A DNA stretch of 64,000 bases from Eledone cirrhosa (taxonomy: Eukaryota): the NCBI GenBank assembly GCA_964016885.1, contig OZ024740.1, forward strand, positions 69,378,001-69,442,000, given 5' to 3'. Shown here in pieces: positions 39,130 to 52,600 of the stretch (position 1 is its first letter; every line of letters begins with the position of its first letter). The notes below the pieces were generated by a model, which was not told the origin of the DNA, ran no database searches, and saw nothing but the letters and a program-made list of their open reading frames with translations. The translations under genes and the position numbers were made by a program.

Positions 39130-39541
39130 TACGCAACACAAAAAAAAATTTATATCTAAAAATAAAAAGAATTTTAAATATAGGATTTTGCTAAACTTGA
39201 AAGCCACTTCTGGTTGCCTGAACTCAAAGACTGAGATCTTCAGATGTTGTCCTCATCTGAAATCACATCTGATCTGTAACTGGATTGACATTCCTATGAT
39301 AACTCAACCACCTTGAACTCCCTCTCTGCTCTTTACTTCCACTACGGTTTTTTTTTACCTGCTGAATCCTCGTTCTGTACTCTTGTATTCTCTTTCTCCT
39401 TTATCTCCCCTTATATTTAAACCTTTTCCTATGTCATTTATTCCCCCCCCCCCCCCTCTTTTCCCCCCTATTTGTTTGCCTTACCCTTCACCTACCAACA
39501 TTTTATTTTTATTTTTAGATATTAATTTTTTTTGTGTTGCG

Positions 39542-39543
<2 letters not shown>
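39130..39543. repeat. Small element with ~40-bp terminal inverted repeats
   Basis: TACGCAACACAAAAAAAAATTTATATCTAAAAATAAAAA mirrored at ~39506-39543. Confidence 0.7.
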
Positions 39544-39586
<43 letters not shown>

Positions 39587-39970
39587 ATGTATATGTGTGT
39601 GTATATGGATATGTGTATGTATATATGTGTGTGTATGTATGTTTATATCTATCTGTATGTAATTGTATATGTATATTTTATCGTATATATTAATTATTTC
39701 TGTTGTATTTGTGCGCGTGTGCGTATATATTTATATGTATGTATGTATGTATGTATCCATATATGTGTGTATATATATATATATTATATATATATACATA
39801 TGTATATATGTGTATGTATGTATGTGTGTACATATAACTTTAATGTGTATGTATGGGCGTGTGTATATTTGTACGTGTATATGTATTTTTTTATATAATG
39901 GTTTTGTGTGTTTATATATAATAGCCTCAGAAAAGGCTTGAGCTCTGCCGTAGGGTCAGACTTTTTCCTA

Positions 39971-40034
<64 letters not shown>

Positions 40035-40582
40035 CGTAATTGTATGTGTGTGTGTATTTCTGTGGTTGTGTTTTTGTGTGTGTGTGTGTATGTATATATA
40101 TATGTGTGTGTATGTGTGTGTGTATATGTATATATGCATAAGGGTGTATGTATATGCATCATTACATATAGTGATTTAATGATTATTTTCATTGATCTTT
40201 TACCCCAGGAACTTGTTGAGTGCTCTAAATCTGCTATAAGCATTTATGCCCTTTTCTAAATATATATTGTTTTCATTTATTATTTGTCGTATTCCCAACT
40301 TTTTATTTTCATTTTTATTTTTATTTTTATTTTTATTTTTATTTTTATTTTTATTTTCATATATACAATATTTTTTTATATATACAATATTTATTTTATA
40401 ATATTTATGTTCTTTCTCATATATATATATATATATTGAGTTATATATGTATGTGTGTGTGGGGGGGGGGTATGTGTGTGTGTGTGCGTGTGTGTGTGTA
40501 CGTATGCATACGTATGTGTATGTATATATGTGTGTGTAGGTATATATGTGTATGTGAGTATGTATGTATGTGTATGTATGTG

Positions 40583-40643
<61 letters not shown>

Positions 40644-40679
40644 GAAATATATCTTCTTCTTCGCACACATTTCTGAGAA

Positions 40680-41582
40680 GGTCATGGGGAAAGAGTCCTG
40701 AAACCAACCTTCCGCCGTATCCTGTCAGAAGTAACCTTCTCTAACTGAAACAACAGGATCCTCAAGCGTGACCAGCCAAGCTTATAGATGTTATCCAACC
40801 ATCTTACTCGGGGTCTACACGTGGGTCTGCTGCCTATTGGTTTTTCATAGTAAAATCTGCCCACCGATTCGTTCTTGAGACATTCTAACCAGGTGCCCAT
40901 AGTATCGGAGCTCTGATCTCTTATTTAGAAGTAGCCTTACTCTAAAAACCCTTCGGAGTAATCCCATTTTGACCGCTTGTATTCGTGATCCTATTCTTTC
41001 GATAATTACCTAAGATTCATGACCATAGGTAAGAGTTGGCAGGAATACCGAATTGAAAATAGTGTGTTTGGCTGTTACGGCTATTTCCCTTCCTTTCATT
41101 ACTCAATGCTGAAGTTGGTGCAGGAATGCACCAGCTCTTTTTGCAGGACTGATTTTCATTCCAATTATGCAGCACTCAGCATTAACCCTTTCAAGTGCAA
41201 ATCCGAGATTACATTCTGTCGAGTTTAAGTAATACCACGTCGTCTGCAAAATCCAACCGATTGATTTCACACCTGCCAGTCGTCATTCTACTTCCAATAA
41301 GGCAGAGAATTTCAACTCTTTTCATGAAAATGGCGAACAGAAGAGGTGACAATACGCACACTCGGTTGAATCCAACTCCCACATTGAATGATTTCGATTT
41401 AGCACCATCCATCCGAACACAAATACTCGGATACTCGTATAGAGACACCGGGACACGAAGAATCTGCTCATCGATCCCATAATCCTGCGGATAGCGTGGA
41501 AGTGTTGCCAAGTGGTATATTCTTGCTTTGTAGACCTCGAAAAGGCATATGACCGCTTTCTTCGGAACCTGCTTTGAAAGAT
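40680..41582 (-). mobile_element. RTE-clade LINE, 5'-truncated with 5' inversion
   Basis: Minus strand DYGID...SKSFNVGVG...VLSPLLFAIFM...DFADDVVLL and RPRVRWLDNI; plus-strand piece 41490-41582 reads AWKCCQVVYSCFVDLEKAYDR. Confidence 0.88.
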
Positions 41583-42229
41583 AATAAACGTCATTATACT
41601 AAATTAAATACACCATCGAAAAATCATTGAATTAATTTGTATAATCTGGATAAAAACAAATATGTTTTTGTTCTCTTTTCTACATTTATATATGTTGTTA
41701 AATATATTACGAGGAACACACAAACACATTCTCACACAAGCAAGAAAAAAATCATTATATATCCTTCTCCAACATAGTTTCCCTAACTCTACTTTTAACG
41801 AAAGGACCTTACCCCCAAATATTAAGAAAGAAATAAACATGGATATATATATATGTATACATGGACATATACAATACAGACAATAGAGATATAAATTAAT
41901 ACTGACTAATCCAACATTTTTGAGCTAATATAGAAGGATTTGGGCTGCTGTTTCCAGCATCAATATAAGCCAGTCGTATTGTCCTGATACATAAAAGAGG
42001 AGATATCCATACAATAATTTCAGCATTACAACACGCTGTTTCATCAACTCTCGATGAAATAAATTTAATTGTTCCAATATTGGTTATTCAATATATTAGA
42101 ATTACTGACGTAATTACTATATCTTGAGTTCCTGAAAACATGGTCAGGACATCATCAAGTTAAAGCCGACTTTTTATAGCCGTTTTGGCTTGTATCCTCA
42201 CAAAATGAGATTTTGGCTTAAGTTATATA

Positions 42230-42317
<88 letters not shown>

Positions 42318-42775
42318 TACGTGCGCGTGCGTGCGCGTATGTGTGCGTGTGTGTCTGTCTGCCTGTAGCACCACCAGAAAGATGTGTTTCTCCTGCAGGT
42401 GGCATTTAACAAAATCAAATTTTATCTGAAGATAGCGTTCTCACAACAAATGCATCAATTACATCTTGAATGCATGGGAGAACCGTAGAAATAATTATAT
42501 AAAATAATCGATTTGTGTAACACAGATATGCAACGAAAGAACTTTGATAGACTATATATATATTTATATCTGCATTTTTAACCGGTGGTCAATCAATGAT
42601 AAATATTGATTGCCAAATAAATTTACTATGGAGATATAAAAGATACAGAAGCGAAAACCAAGTGAAAGCCAAGTGAGTGTGTTCTGTTATTATTTCTGGC
42701 AATATTATAACAATATGACCCTCCCCAAGTATAACAATATGTATATATATATAAATTCATATATATATGAATATA

Positions 42776-44000
42776 CGATAGTCGACTGAAAAATGCATAA
42801 GCTGAACAAGGTCCTCTCAGGGAATCTGATCAAATGTGGTTTATTTTTCAATATACTCACCCTGGCGGTCCACACATTTCTTCCATCGGTGTTGCAGTGC
42901 TTGGATCCCATTGGTGATGAAGCTTTCATCCTGTTGGGCAAAAAGTCAACAAAAGCAGATATAACGTCATCATCATTGCGATACTGTTTCCTAGCCAAAT
43001 GTTCTGTTATGTTGGGTAACAGATGATAGTCAGATGGGATCAAATCAGGAGAATAGGCAAGGTGATCAAGCAGTTCAATTCACGATCATGTACAGAATCT
43101 ATTGAAACCAAGTATGTGTGTGCTGGAGCATTGTACTGACCAAACAAGTCACATTCGTCAGTTTTCCTGTGCGTTTGGACTTGATAGCCGTTCGTAACTG
43201 CCCTACCAAGTTGATAGATTACCCTCCATTGATGGTGTGCCTCCTTCGAAAATAATCAATAAACTCATTACCTTTTGCATCCCTTACTTTCAGATGAAAT
43301 GATCCGAACATTCCTTGGAGTAGGTGCAGAGGGGAATTTCCACTGCATGGATTGTCTCTATTTCTCTGGCTGAACGTGATGAAACCGTCACTCATACTGG
43401 GTTAGGAAACCTGTAAGGAACCCAGCTGGATATGCCTAAAAAAAAAGTCAAATTTTCCTGCGATGTGATCAGTTTGGTGTCCTTTTTGATCAGGTGTCGG
43501 AAGACGTGGCATCCTCGTCATGGTACTTTCATTGAGCAGAATATTCTCAACTCTTTCACGGGATAATGTAATAAAATTTCCATTTATCGCTGTCATCCAT
43601 CACCTTGTGATGAACACTATCAATATTTTCCTCGTTGCTGTCAGCTGCCGAACGTCCAGACCCTGGCTCATCTGCAAGACTCTTCCTTCCCCTCTTAAAT
43701 TCAGTTTCCTTCGTATTACACTGTTGATAAATCTGGAATTCCTTAATATGGCATCCATGTTACCACGAATGTTCTTAGGGTCTAAACTCTTTTTCTCTAG
43801 CTAATTCAAAACACCACGATGCTAAATTTTGTCCATTTTCAACAGAAGAAAGTACTAGTTACTTGAAGTCTTCTTTCAACTGTCAGATGTCAGTTTACCT
43901 GAAAAGAAACAATGTAGTTATTGATAAGAAGAGGTGAAATTAGTGAATGCAAGATTTCACAGCTTTATCATCAGCTTATGAAAATCTCAGCCAAAACTCG
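42776..44000 (-). mobile_element. Mariner (Tc1/mariner) transposon relic, ~1.2 kb
   Basis: AYSPDLIPSDYHL and RWKKCVDRQGEYIEK* on the minus strand; degenerate TIRs CGA.....CTGA....CATAAGCTGA at both ends, TA flanks. Confidence 0.88.
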
Positions 44001-44067
44001 TATCTCTCTCTCTCCCTTTCTCTCTCTCTCTCTCGCTTCCTCTTTCTTTCTTTCTCTGTAGGTGTAA

Positions 44068-44112
<45 letters not shown>

Positions 44113-44146
44113 AGGAGAGAGAGAGAGGGAGAGAGAGAGGGTGGAT

Positions 44147-44181
<35 letters not shown>

Positions 44182-44348
44182 ATATAATGTATTTATTTAT
44201 TTGTATTTGTTCTGAGGGGTTATTCTAAAAAGAATGGAACATTCTTTTCGGCCTAAGGAAACAGTCGTAAATCCATTAAATGTTATAATTAAAATCCTTT
44301 TTAATCTTTCGATATACATATATATATATATGTATGTATATGCCCCTG

Positions 44349-44380
<32 letters not shown>

Positions 44381-44625
44381 TGTGTGGGTGTGTGTGTCTA
44401 TGTATGTGTCTGTGCCTGTGTGTGTGTGTGTAAACACGGAGAGAAGTACATTTATCCACAGAGAAAGTAAGCATGAACTCCAACAGCGAGGAGAGACCTC
44501 TTCATGTGAAAATGTATTAATCTGTAACCACCTATTGAGCCATACGTAGATATTTATCCGCATTACTCTATATAATTTAATGTCATATCGATATATTCAG
44601 GAATATATATACGACTCTGTCTATG

Positions 44626-44734
<109 letters not shown>

Positions 44735-45594
44735 TAGTAAAAGGAAAAGAAAATGCTGACAAATTTTTCACAGTAAAAAAAATAGTTTAATTAGGAATAA
44801 GTATAAATTAGTAATAAGTGTTGGTTAGTATTCAGTTTTAGTTTTAAGTTTTTACCGGTTGCTCATATCTAATGCTTTTCAAAAATAATTTTGAGATAGA
44901 GCGCCTGTGATGTTTGCTCTAATCTGACCAGTTTTGGAAATTCTTCCTGTTTTATGTGAAAAAAGTGGCTCCAGAGGTATTAAGATTTGGTTGGTTGTTG
45001 AATGTCACGTGAATGAGTACTATAAATTTTGCGCCAATTCGTGTTGCAAAAATTCTTGTAGTCAAAACAATTTTGATTGGTCGGTAGAGGTCACGTGAAT
45101 TTTAAAAATTGATTTTGCGCCAAATGTAGGTTTATGGAAGAGTGTCCTTTTTCGCCTAATTGAGAAGTCACTGAAAAATAAGTCTTTTAAGACAAATATG
45201 TGTGTGTGTAGTAAAGAGGTTCATTGTTGTGATAATGGTCAGTAGGGATGTGTGTGTGAATTGCAGTCATGTTGAAAGGTCAACAGTTCAGGTGTCTATT
45301 AAGACGAATATATGTGTGTGTGTGTGTGTGTGTAGCAGAGTGGTTCATGGTAGAGGGATTCGGTCAGTAGGAATGTGTCTGTACGTGTGTGGGGGATATT
45401 TTAACATGTTGAAAGATATTTTTCAGCTCTTCTCTTATACGGAGATGTGTGTGTGTGTCTGTGTGTGTATAACTGTTTGTATGTTAGTGTACGCGTATGT
45501 ATATGTGTGTGTGTGTATATGTGTGTATGTGTGTGTGTGTGTGTGGATAGACCAGTATTTTTGTGATACTGGTACACAAAAATACTGGTCCATC

Positions 45595-45628
<34 letters not shown>

Positions 45629-46372
45629 TACACATACACACGCGTACACTAACATACAAACAGACATATACACACACACACACTTCTCCGTATAAGACAA
45701 GAGCTGAAAAATATCTTTCAACATCTTAAAATATCCCCCACACACGTACAGACACATTCCTACTGACCGACTCCCTCTACCACGAACCACTATTTGTCTT
45801 AATAGACACCTGAACTGTTGACTTTTAAACATGACTGCAATTCACACACACATCCCTACTGACCATTATCACAACAAATGAACCACTTTACTACACACAT
45901 ACACACACACACATATTTGTCTTAAAAGACTTATTTAGTCACATCTCAATCAGGCGAAAAAGGACACTCTTCCACAAACCTACATTTGGCGCAAAATCAA
46001 TTTTTAAAATTCACGTGACCTCTACCGACCATTCAAAATTGTTTTGACTACAAGAATTTTTGCAACACGAATTGGCGCAAAATTTATAGTACTCATTCAC
46101 GTGACATTCAACAACAAACGAAATCTTAATACCTCTGGAGCCACTTTTTTCACATAAAATAGGAAGAATTTCCAAAACTGGTCAGATTAGAGCAAACATC
46201 ACAGGCGCTCTATCTCAAAATTATTTTTGAAAAGCATTAGATATGCGCAAACGGTAAAAACTTAAAACTAAAACTGAATATTAACCAATACTTATTACTA
46301 ATTTATACTTATTCCTAATTAAACTATTTTTCACTGGGAAAAATTTGTCAGCACTTTCTTGTCCTTTTACTA
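44735..46372. mobile_element. 1.64-kb near-perfect palindrome (foldback-like non-autonomous element)
   Basis: 44735-45565 mirrors 45575-46372 around a 9-nt spacer; termini TAGTAAAAGGA / TCCTTTTACTA. Confidence 0.92.
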
Positions 46373-46405
46373 ATATATCACAACTCGGGTGTTACACATC
46401 TATTC

Positions 46406-46497
<92 letters not shown>

Positions 46498-47254
46498 AAT
46501 ACAAATATGAGCATTCTTACGTACACAGACGGAATATGTACATACATATATGAATAAATATATGTCAATGTATGTAAGAGCGAGAAAGAGAGAATGCAAA
46601 AGAGACAGAGCGGTCATAAACTGCTGTTTTTGACAAAATTGATGTCAAGAATGAAAAAAAACTTCGTTTAATATATGTTGTTCATAAACATCGAAATTGG
46701 GGAGGAAAAATATTTACTTTATGGTTGTTTTAAATATTTATCTCTCTGTATTTAGTAAGCATCATAAGTTTTCTTTATCCTTTCAAAGCACCCGAAATTT
46801 ATTTTAACAATTTATTCCATCGATAAGCCAGTATATTCTATAATTATTTCTTATTGGTAAACTCTATTGATTAGCTGTTTCACAAATTTACACTTGCTTT
46901 CATTCAGTATGAATTCTAGGGTGGACATTTTTACTATTTTCTGGCTAAATAAAATGCATTCGCCAAGTCATAAATCAAACCAAATTGTTCATATATATTT
47001 CTGTTAGAAAATATCTTTTGAGAAATTCTGTTATTCTATCGATTTATGATAGTATATTTTACCTTCACCCCTTTCCCTCTTTCTATCTTCCTCATTCTCC
47101 TTCTCTCTCTCTCTGAAAAACACCCGCACAAAGCTAAATAACATAAGCATCCCAGAAGCTCATCACTTTCTATATGGCATTCATGCTACCATAAATAAAC
47201 GTGTATGGCTATATTAGATATGCGTATGTAAATGCATGCGCGCACATATAAGTC

Positions 47255-47359
<105 letters not shown>

Positions 47360-47382
47360 TTATATGTGTGTGTGTGTGTGTG

Positions 47383-47483
<101 letters not shown>

Positions 47484-47874
47484 TGTCTGTATACAGTATA
47501 TGTGGGCGAGCATCTGTATATATCGAAATAGATACAAAGTTACTCATACGTGTGTGAGTGAAAGTGTAGAAGTTCATACATATATTTCTGGTTTATGTGT
47601 GTCATTATACTATGCATGTTTCTCTAGGGTAGATTATATCTCTGTTCGTGATTAATAGAGACGTTACATCAGAGACTGTGTTGACCAAGTGAGGGGTATA
47701 TATAATTATTTGAGGGAATATCTGGGAGGAGGAAAAGGTAAATGGGAAAAGTTGTAGGGGAGTGAATGAAAAGGGAAAACCATGGAAGTATACATTATCG
47801 TGTCGATTTCTATTTACATACGTGTTTGTATATATATATATATATATATAAATATGTGTGTGTGTGTTTGTATA

Positions 47875-47905
<31 letters not shown>

Positions 47906-48484
47906 GCTTATATTTCTATATCTGTCTATCTATTTATCTATAATAAAGAAAGATATTTATCGGGTCGTCAAGTATGAAATTTGGAGACATTTGTAAGAAA
48001 AGAAGAAATTTCTACAAATCTTATACTTGACGACCCAATATATATTTGTTTAATTGCCCACCACAACTTTCATACCCCTCACTCTCACCCTCTGTCCCTT
48101 CCTTTCACCCACTCCCTTTTTAGCTCTTTGACTGAAGCGTATTTATGCTTCCTATTATTTGGTATCCTATCCTGATTTGAGAAGATAGGTATTTATATGT
48201 TGTCCCCGGTTTCTGTTTTGTCATCTCATATGCATCTTTCCGGTGGTTTGTTCTGTGTGTATGTGTCTCTGTGCTTATCTAGACATCTATATGACTCCTG
48301 CGTCTATTTATACATATATAGAATCACATCTATATGTGTATCGCCGAGTTTCAATATTTATTACTAAAAGAAATTTAGTTGTATATATCTATTTTAATAC
48401 TAAATCTTTTTATTTTACGTTTTTTATTTAATTCTGCTTTATGTATTTTCAAATAAGGTGCATTACTGTTGTTGTTGTTATTGT

Positions 48485-48497
48485 TAGTAGTAGTAGC

Positions 48498-48575
<78 letters not shown>
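48485..48575. repeat. (TAG)n microsatellite (others at ~54687-54735 and ~55686-55826)
   Basis: Direct inspection. Confidence 0.95.
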
Positions 48576-48576
<1 letters not shown>

Positions 48577-50733
48577 TTTTATATTGTTCAGTTTCCGCAA
48601 ACATTAATTTATATCCTACTAAATTTGACAATTCATCAAAAAGATAATTATAGGCCGTAGCACAGTTATTTTCTATTATAAACATTCTTTAACAAAGGAA
48701 ACTCACACAGTATCTACAATTCATTACCGTGAGAGTAACTAAATATTTGATGAAATAAATAAAATAAATAAATAGATAAATAAATAAATATATTTCAGTA
48801 GAAATACTGATTTTGAAACCTGGTTTCAATGTCCTGGAAATGCTAGCTTCACTTTTTATTTCACTATATGTTATGAGAGAAATATCTGTGCGTGTGAGTG
48901 TGTACATTCAAAGGCATTACAATAAATCTTGATCTTCTTCGAATTATAGTTGATAGAGCTGGTTTATAAATCATAATTAATCTTAAACTATTTTATACAA
49001 TCTTAAAAAGTTTTCGAATATGATTTGAGGGATATTTAACAAGTTGGGGTTCCTTCGTTGGGTCAGTATCGTTGCTGTTTCTTTTGTTTGTTATTTTGGA
49101 CGTCAAAGATGAAATTTATGATAAAAATGATTTAATCTTGTTACCTTATTCATATGCTAAGCCCATGTGAACACTTATCTAAACTTTAATATGCTATTAA
49201 TATGTGGTTAAAATATGAAGAATATAACGAAAATTAAGTTTAATCAGTAACACTTATATTTATTTTCAAATATCATTAGTTACTTATTCGTTCCTACATA
49301 ACCGAATATCAATCGGATAAACCAATCAGATCGTTCCTCCCTTTTGTGTTATCTTTATTTTTTTTTGTCATTTTCATTTTAATATTTATATTTTACATGT
49401 GAACTTTCTTCTTGCGCTTATACTTAGTCGTTCCTTTATTCATGCTTTTCCCTTTCCTAACTATTTACAGTTCTTTTATATTGTATTTCTTTTAAAGTAA
49501 ATATTTATCAGATGTAAAATGAAAAAAAAAACTAACTAAATAAAGACTAAAAGGAAACCAATAGGAAATAAATTGTAATAAAAATATCACAGGAAAAGCT
49601 AGAAAAAATCGTTACTATATGTGAATTTTCTCTATTACGTTTAAGTGACGAGTGAAGAGAAAAAGAGAACGAAAAAAGTTATAGAAAACATTATGGCAGA
49701 TGAAATGCATATATCGGAAATAGAAAGGAAAACTGAATAATAAATGTAATATCAAATTATTTCTGTAAGATCTGTTTAGAAACATCAGGCTAAGAGATAT
49801 CAGTCAGACGCGGGTGCTAGTTACAGAGATAATCCATTAGTTACAGAGCTCTAGTCAGACAGACTAAGCTTAGCTTTTTGCTATTTGTTCTGATTGTTTG
49901 AACAAAGTCAAAAGCCCGTTGCTTGACATCACCAATAAAAGAGAGCTTTTGAAGAGAATCAAGAATCAATGTATGTGATGAAAATTGGATGGTAGTGACG
50001 TTAATTCAGAATGGAATGGCTTCAGTCATATTAAGATCCGCCTAGGGATTTAATCAAAGTCCTCTTTATTATATTTCCTTAGTAGGATAAAAACCTCATT
50101 GGTATTAACTAACATCAGCTTTGATATATTTAGGGCGCCATCAGTAGGAAGTAGTGTAACGAACAGCTAAAAGCATTAAACATTTTCAGCAGTCACTATT
50201 AATTTTGTGATGGTGGTAGACTGTTACTTTTGTTCTTCTGCGTGACCACTATATTTATGTTACAATAATACATTCGTATAGGATATGTTTAAACGTACAT
50301 ATTTAAATACTGCTAAGTAGGAAATATTTTGTAGGTAATAAAAGCAGTTGGAAGGAGATAAATAATGTGTATTTGCAAGCACGAAAAACAAAAATATATT
50401 TTCGCTACTGTATTTATTATTTTTTTGTTTTAATATGTGCGAATGAGAGTGAGGGTGGTGGTGAATGCGCACGCACGTACGTGCACATATATATGTATAT
50501 GAGCATCCCATATTGTTTTATTTAAATGGTTTCAGTCATTAGACATGGCCAAGCTGTAGCACTACATGCCAGGCATTTTGTCGAACATATCAAGCCCATA
50601 CACCTTTTCAACCTAGTATATATTTTATCGATTTTCTCCATCGCTATTTATCGGGACTACATTGCAGGATATGAAACAAGAAGTAAACATAAACAGACGC
50701 ACACAGCACCCCTATCACACACAAGTACACGTA

Positions 50734-51301
50734 CTTAATTCGGGATGTTTGTTTACAAACAAACCGAGCATTATAATAAATGGTCGGTAAATCCATACGT
50801 AGATATATATATATGTGTGCATGTATGTATATATATATACATACTACTGTAAGTCTGTATACATATATGTATATATGTATACATACTTATATTTAAGTAA
50901 CAGCCGTACTAAGTGTGAGAAATGAAATTTCGTTTCATTTTTTTCCGCTTATCGTTTTCTGTGCGCCCGGCCGATTAACTCACTCGATATGCAAATTAGG
51001 CTGCTCAGCCGTTAATATGCATAAGGAAAGTATATACTTTCAGACGTTCAATCATCTGGCAGGAAGGTATACGGTGCTGACGATAGCTAATAAGCTTGAA
51101 ACTAGTACATCGTTCCTTTGTCAGTGTTGAACAAAAGGGCAACGATGGTTGTTAAACACTGTCCGGCTTAATACGGGATGTTTGTTTACAAACAAACCGA
51201 CCATTATAATAAATGTTCGGTAAATCCATACGTACATATATATATATATGTGTGCATTGCATGATGTATACATAGTACTGTACGTCTGTATACACGTATA
51301 C

Positions 51302-51315
<14 letters not shown>
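50734..51315 (+). mobile_element. Retrozyme-like HHR element (family A), ~1.3 tandem units of ~433 bp
   Basis: CGGGATG...GTTTACAAACAAACCGA recurs at 50741 and 51174; octamer 50989-50996; HHR 51071-51113. Confidence 0.85.
51071..51113 (+). ncRNA. Type I minimal hammerhead ribozyme
   Basis: ACGGTG-CTGACGA-T-AGCT-AATA-AGCT-T-GAAA-CTAG-TA-CATCGT. Confidence 0.88.
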
Positions 51316-51351
<36 letters not shown>

Positions 51352-51388
51352 AGAGAGAGAGTCACAGAGATTCAGGGAGAGAGAGAGG

Positions 51389-51475
<87 letters not shown>

Positions 51476-51571
51476 AAAAAGCACGGAAAATATATTTAAG
51501 AGTCTGTTTTTCTTTTTTGATACGTCATAGTGACATTAAAAGGATTCGTCAAAGTGACATTGAAAAGATAA

Positions 51572-51666
51572 CACTTTGCCTTTCATCCTTACGGGGTCGA
51601 TAAAATAAAGTACCAGTAATGCACTGGGTTATTGCTGGCCTTGTGCCTAAAGTAGAAACAATTATT
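51572..51666 (+). mobile_element. SINE 3' fragment
   Basis: Matches 32188-32286. Confidence 0.75.
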
Positions 51667-51791
51667 TAAAAATGAGCGAGACAATTCTTTTTAAAAATAA
51701 GTATTATAATGTATATAAACTATATGAAGAATTACCGGTTTCGATCTATTATTAAAATCCATCTTATCAAATGTTGAGTGTTGAAATAAAA

Positions 51792-51935
51792 ATTAAAAAG
51801 AAAAAATAGGAGTTAAAAACTAAGGATTTAAACTTAAAATCAAATGCGTGGAGTAAATTTTCACCCATCCATCTTGCTCAAAATTTGTTGGTAAGAGAAG
51901 GTAGTAGTAATTGTTTCTCTTCACAGAAGAAAGTA

Positions 51936-51980
<45 letters not shown>

Positions 51981-52234
51981 GTGAGAGAGAGATAGTCACA
52001 GAGATTCAGGGAGAGAGAGAGAGGGAGAGAGAGAAAGAAATATTTTGATGTTGTAGACGCTCTTGTGTTCTTTATCATATATATATATAAATATATACTA
52101 CTTTCTTCTGTGAAGAAAAACAAGTACTACTACCTCCTCTTACCAACAAATTTTGAGCAAGAAGGATGGGAGAAAATTTACTCCACGCAATTGATTTTAA
52201 GTTTAAATCCAAAATTTTTAACTCCTATTTATTC

Positions 52235-52242
<8 letters not shown>
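51792..52242. repeat. Inverted repeat, ~150-bp arms around microsatellites
   Basis: 51792-51940 mirrors 52093-52242; arms carry TTTTGAGCAA, similar to the PLE tail motif. Confidence 0.85.
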
Positions 52243-52307
<65 letters not shown>

Positions 52308-52310
<3 letters not shown>

Positions 52311-52600
52311 TAGCCGAATTACCCGCTTTTTGTAAGAAAATGATGATTGATTTTAAACCAGTGATATAATTTATGGAGAAAAACCTTGCATTTCAATATT
52401 ACTCAATATAAAATGTAATGCAGGAAAAATTGGAAAACATGTTTTGTAACATATCAAATCAAAATTACATTATTAAATCTTATTCTTACTTTGTTTCTTG
52501 TAAATAATTTTTTTCAAAATTGAAAACTTTTGTGAATAGGGATCATATCTTGTCATTTACCTATGGTTTAAATTTCATATAAATTGAAGGGAAAACATTT
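52308..52600 (-). mobile_element. Possible Helitron-like 3' end
   Basis: Minus strand ends GCGGGTAATTCGGCTAG followed by TA; no coding evidence and extent uncertain. Confidence 0.3.

Larger units (their letters stand above)
33838..40590. repeat. Large inverted duplication flanking the Naiad element
   Basis: 33838-34450 mirrors 40028-40590 and 34861-35305 mirrors 39580-39980. Confidence 0.85.
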
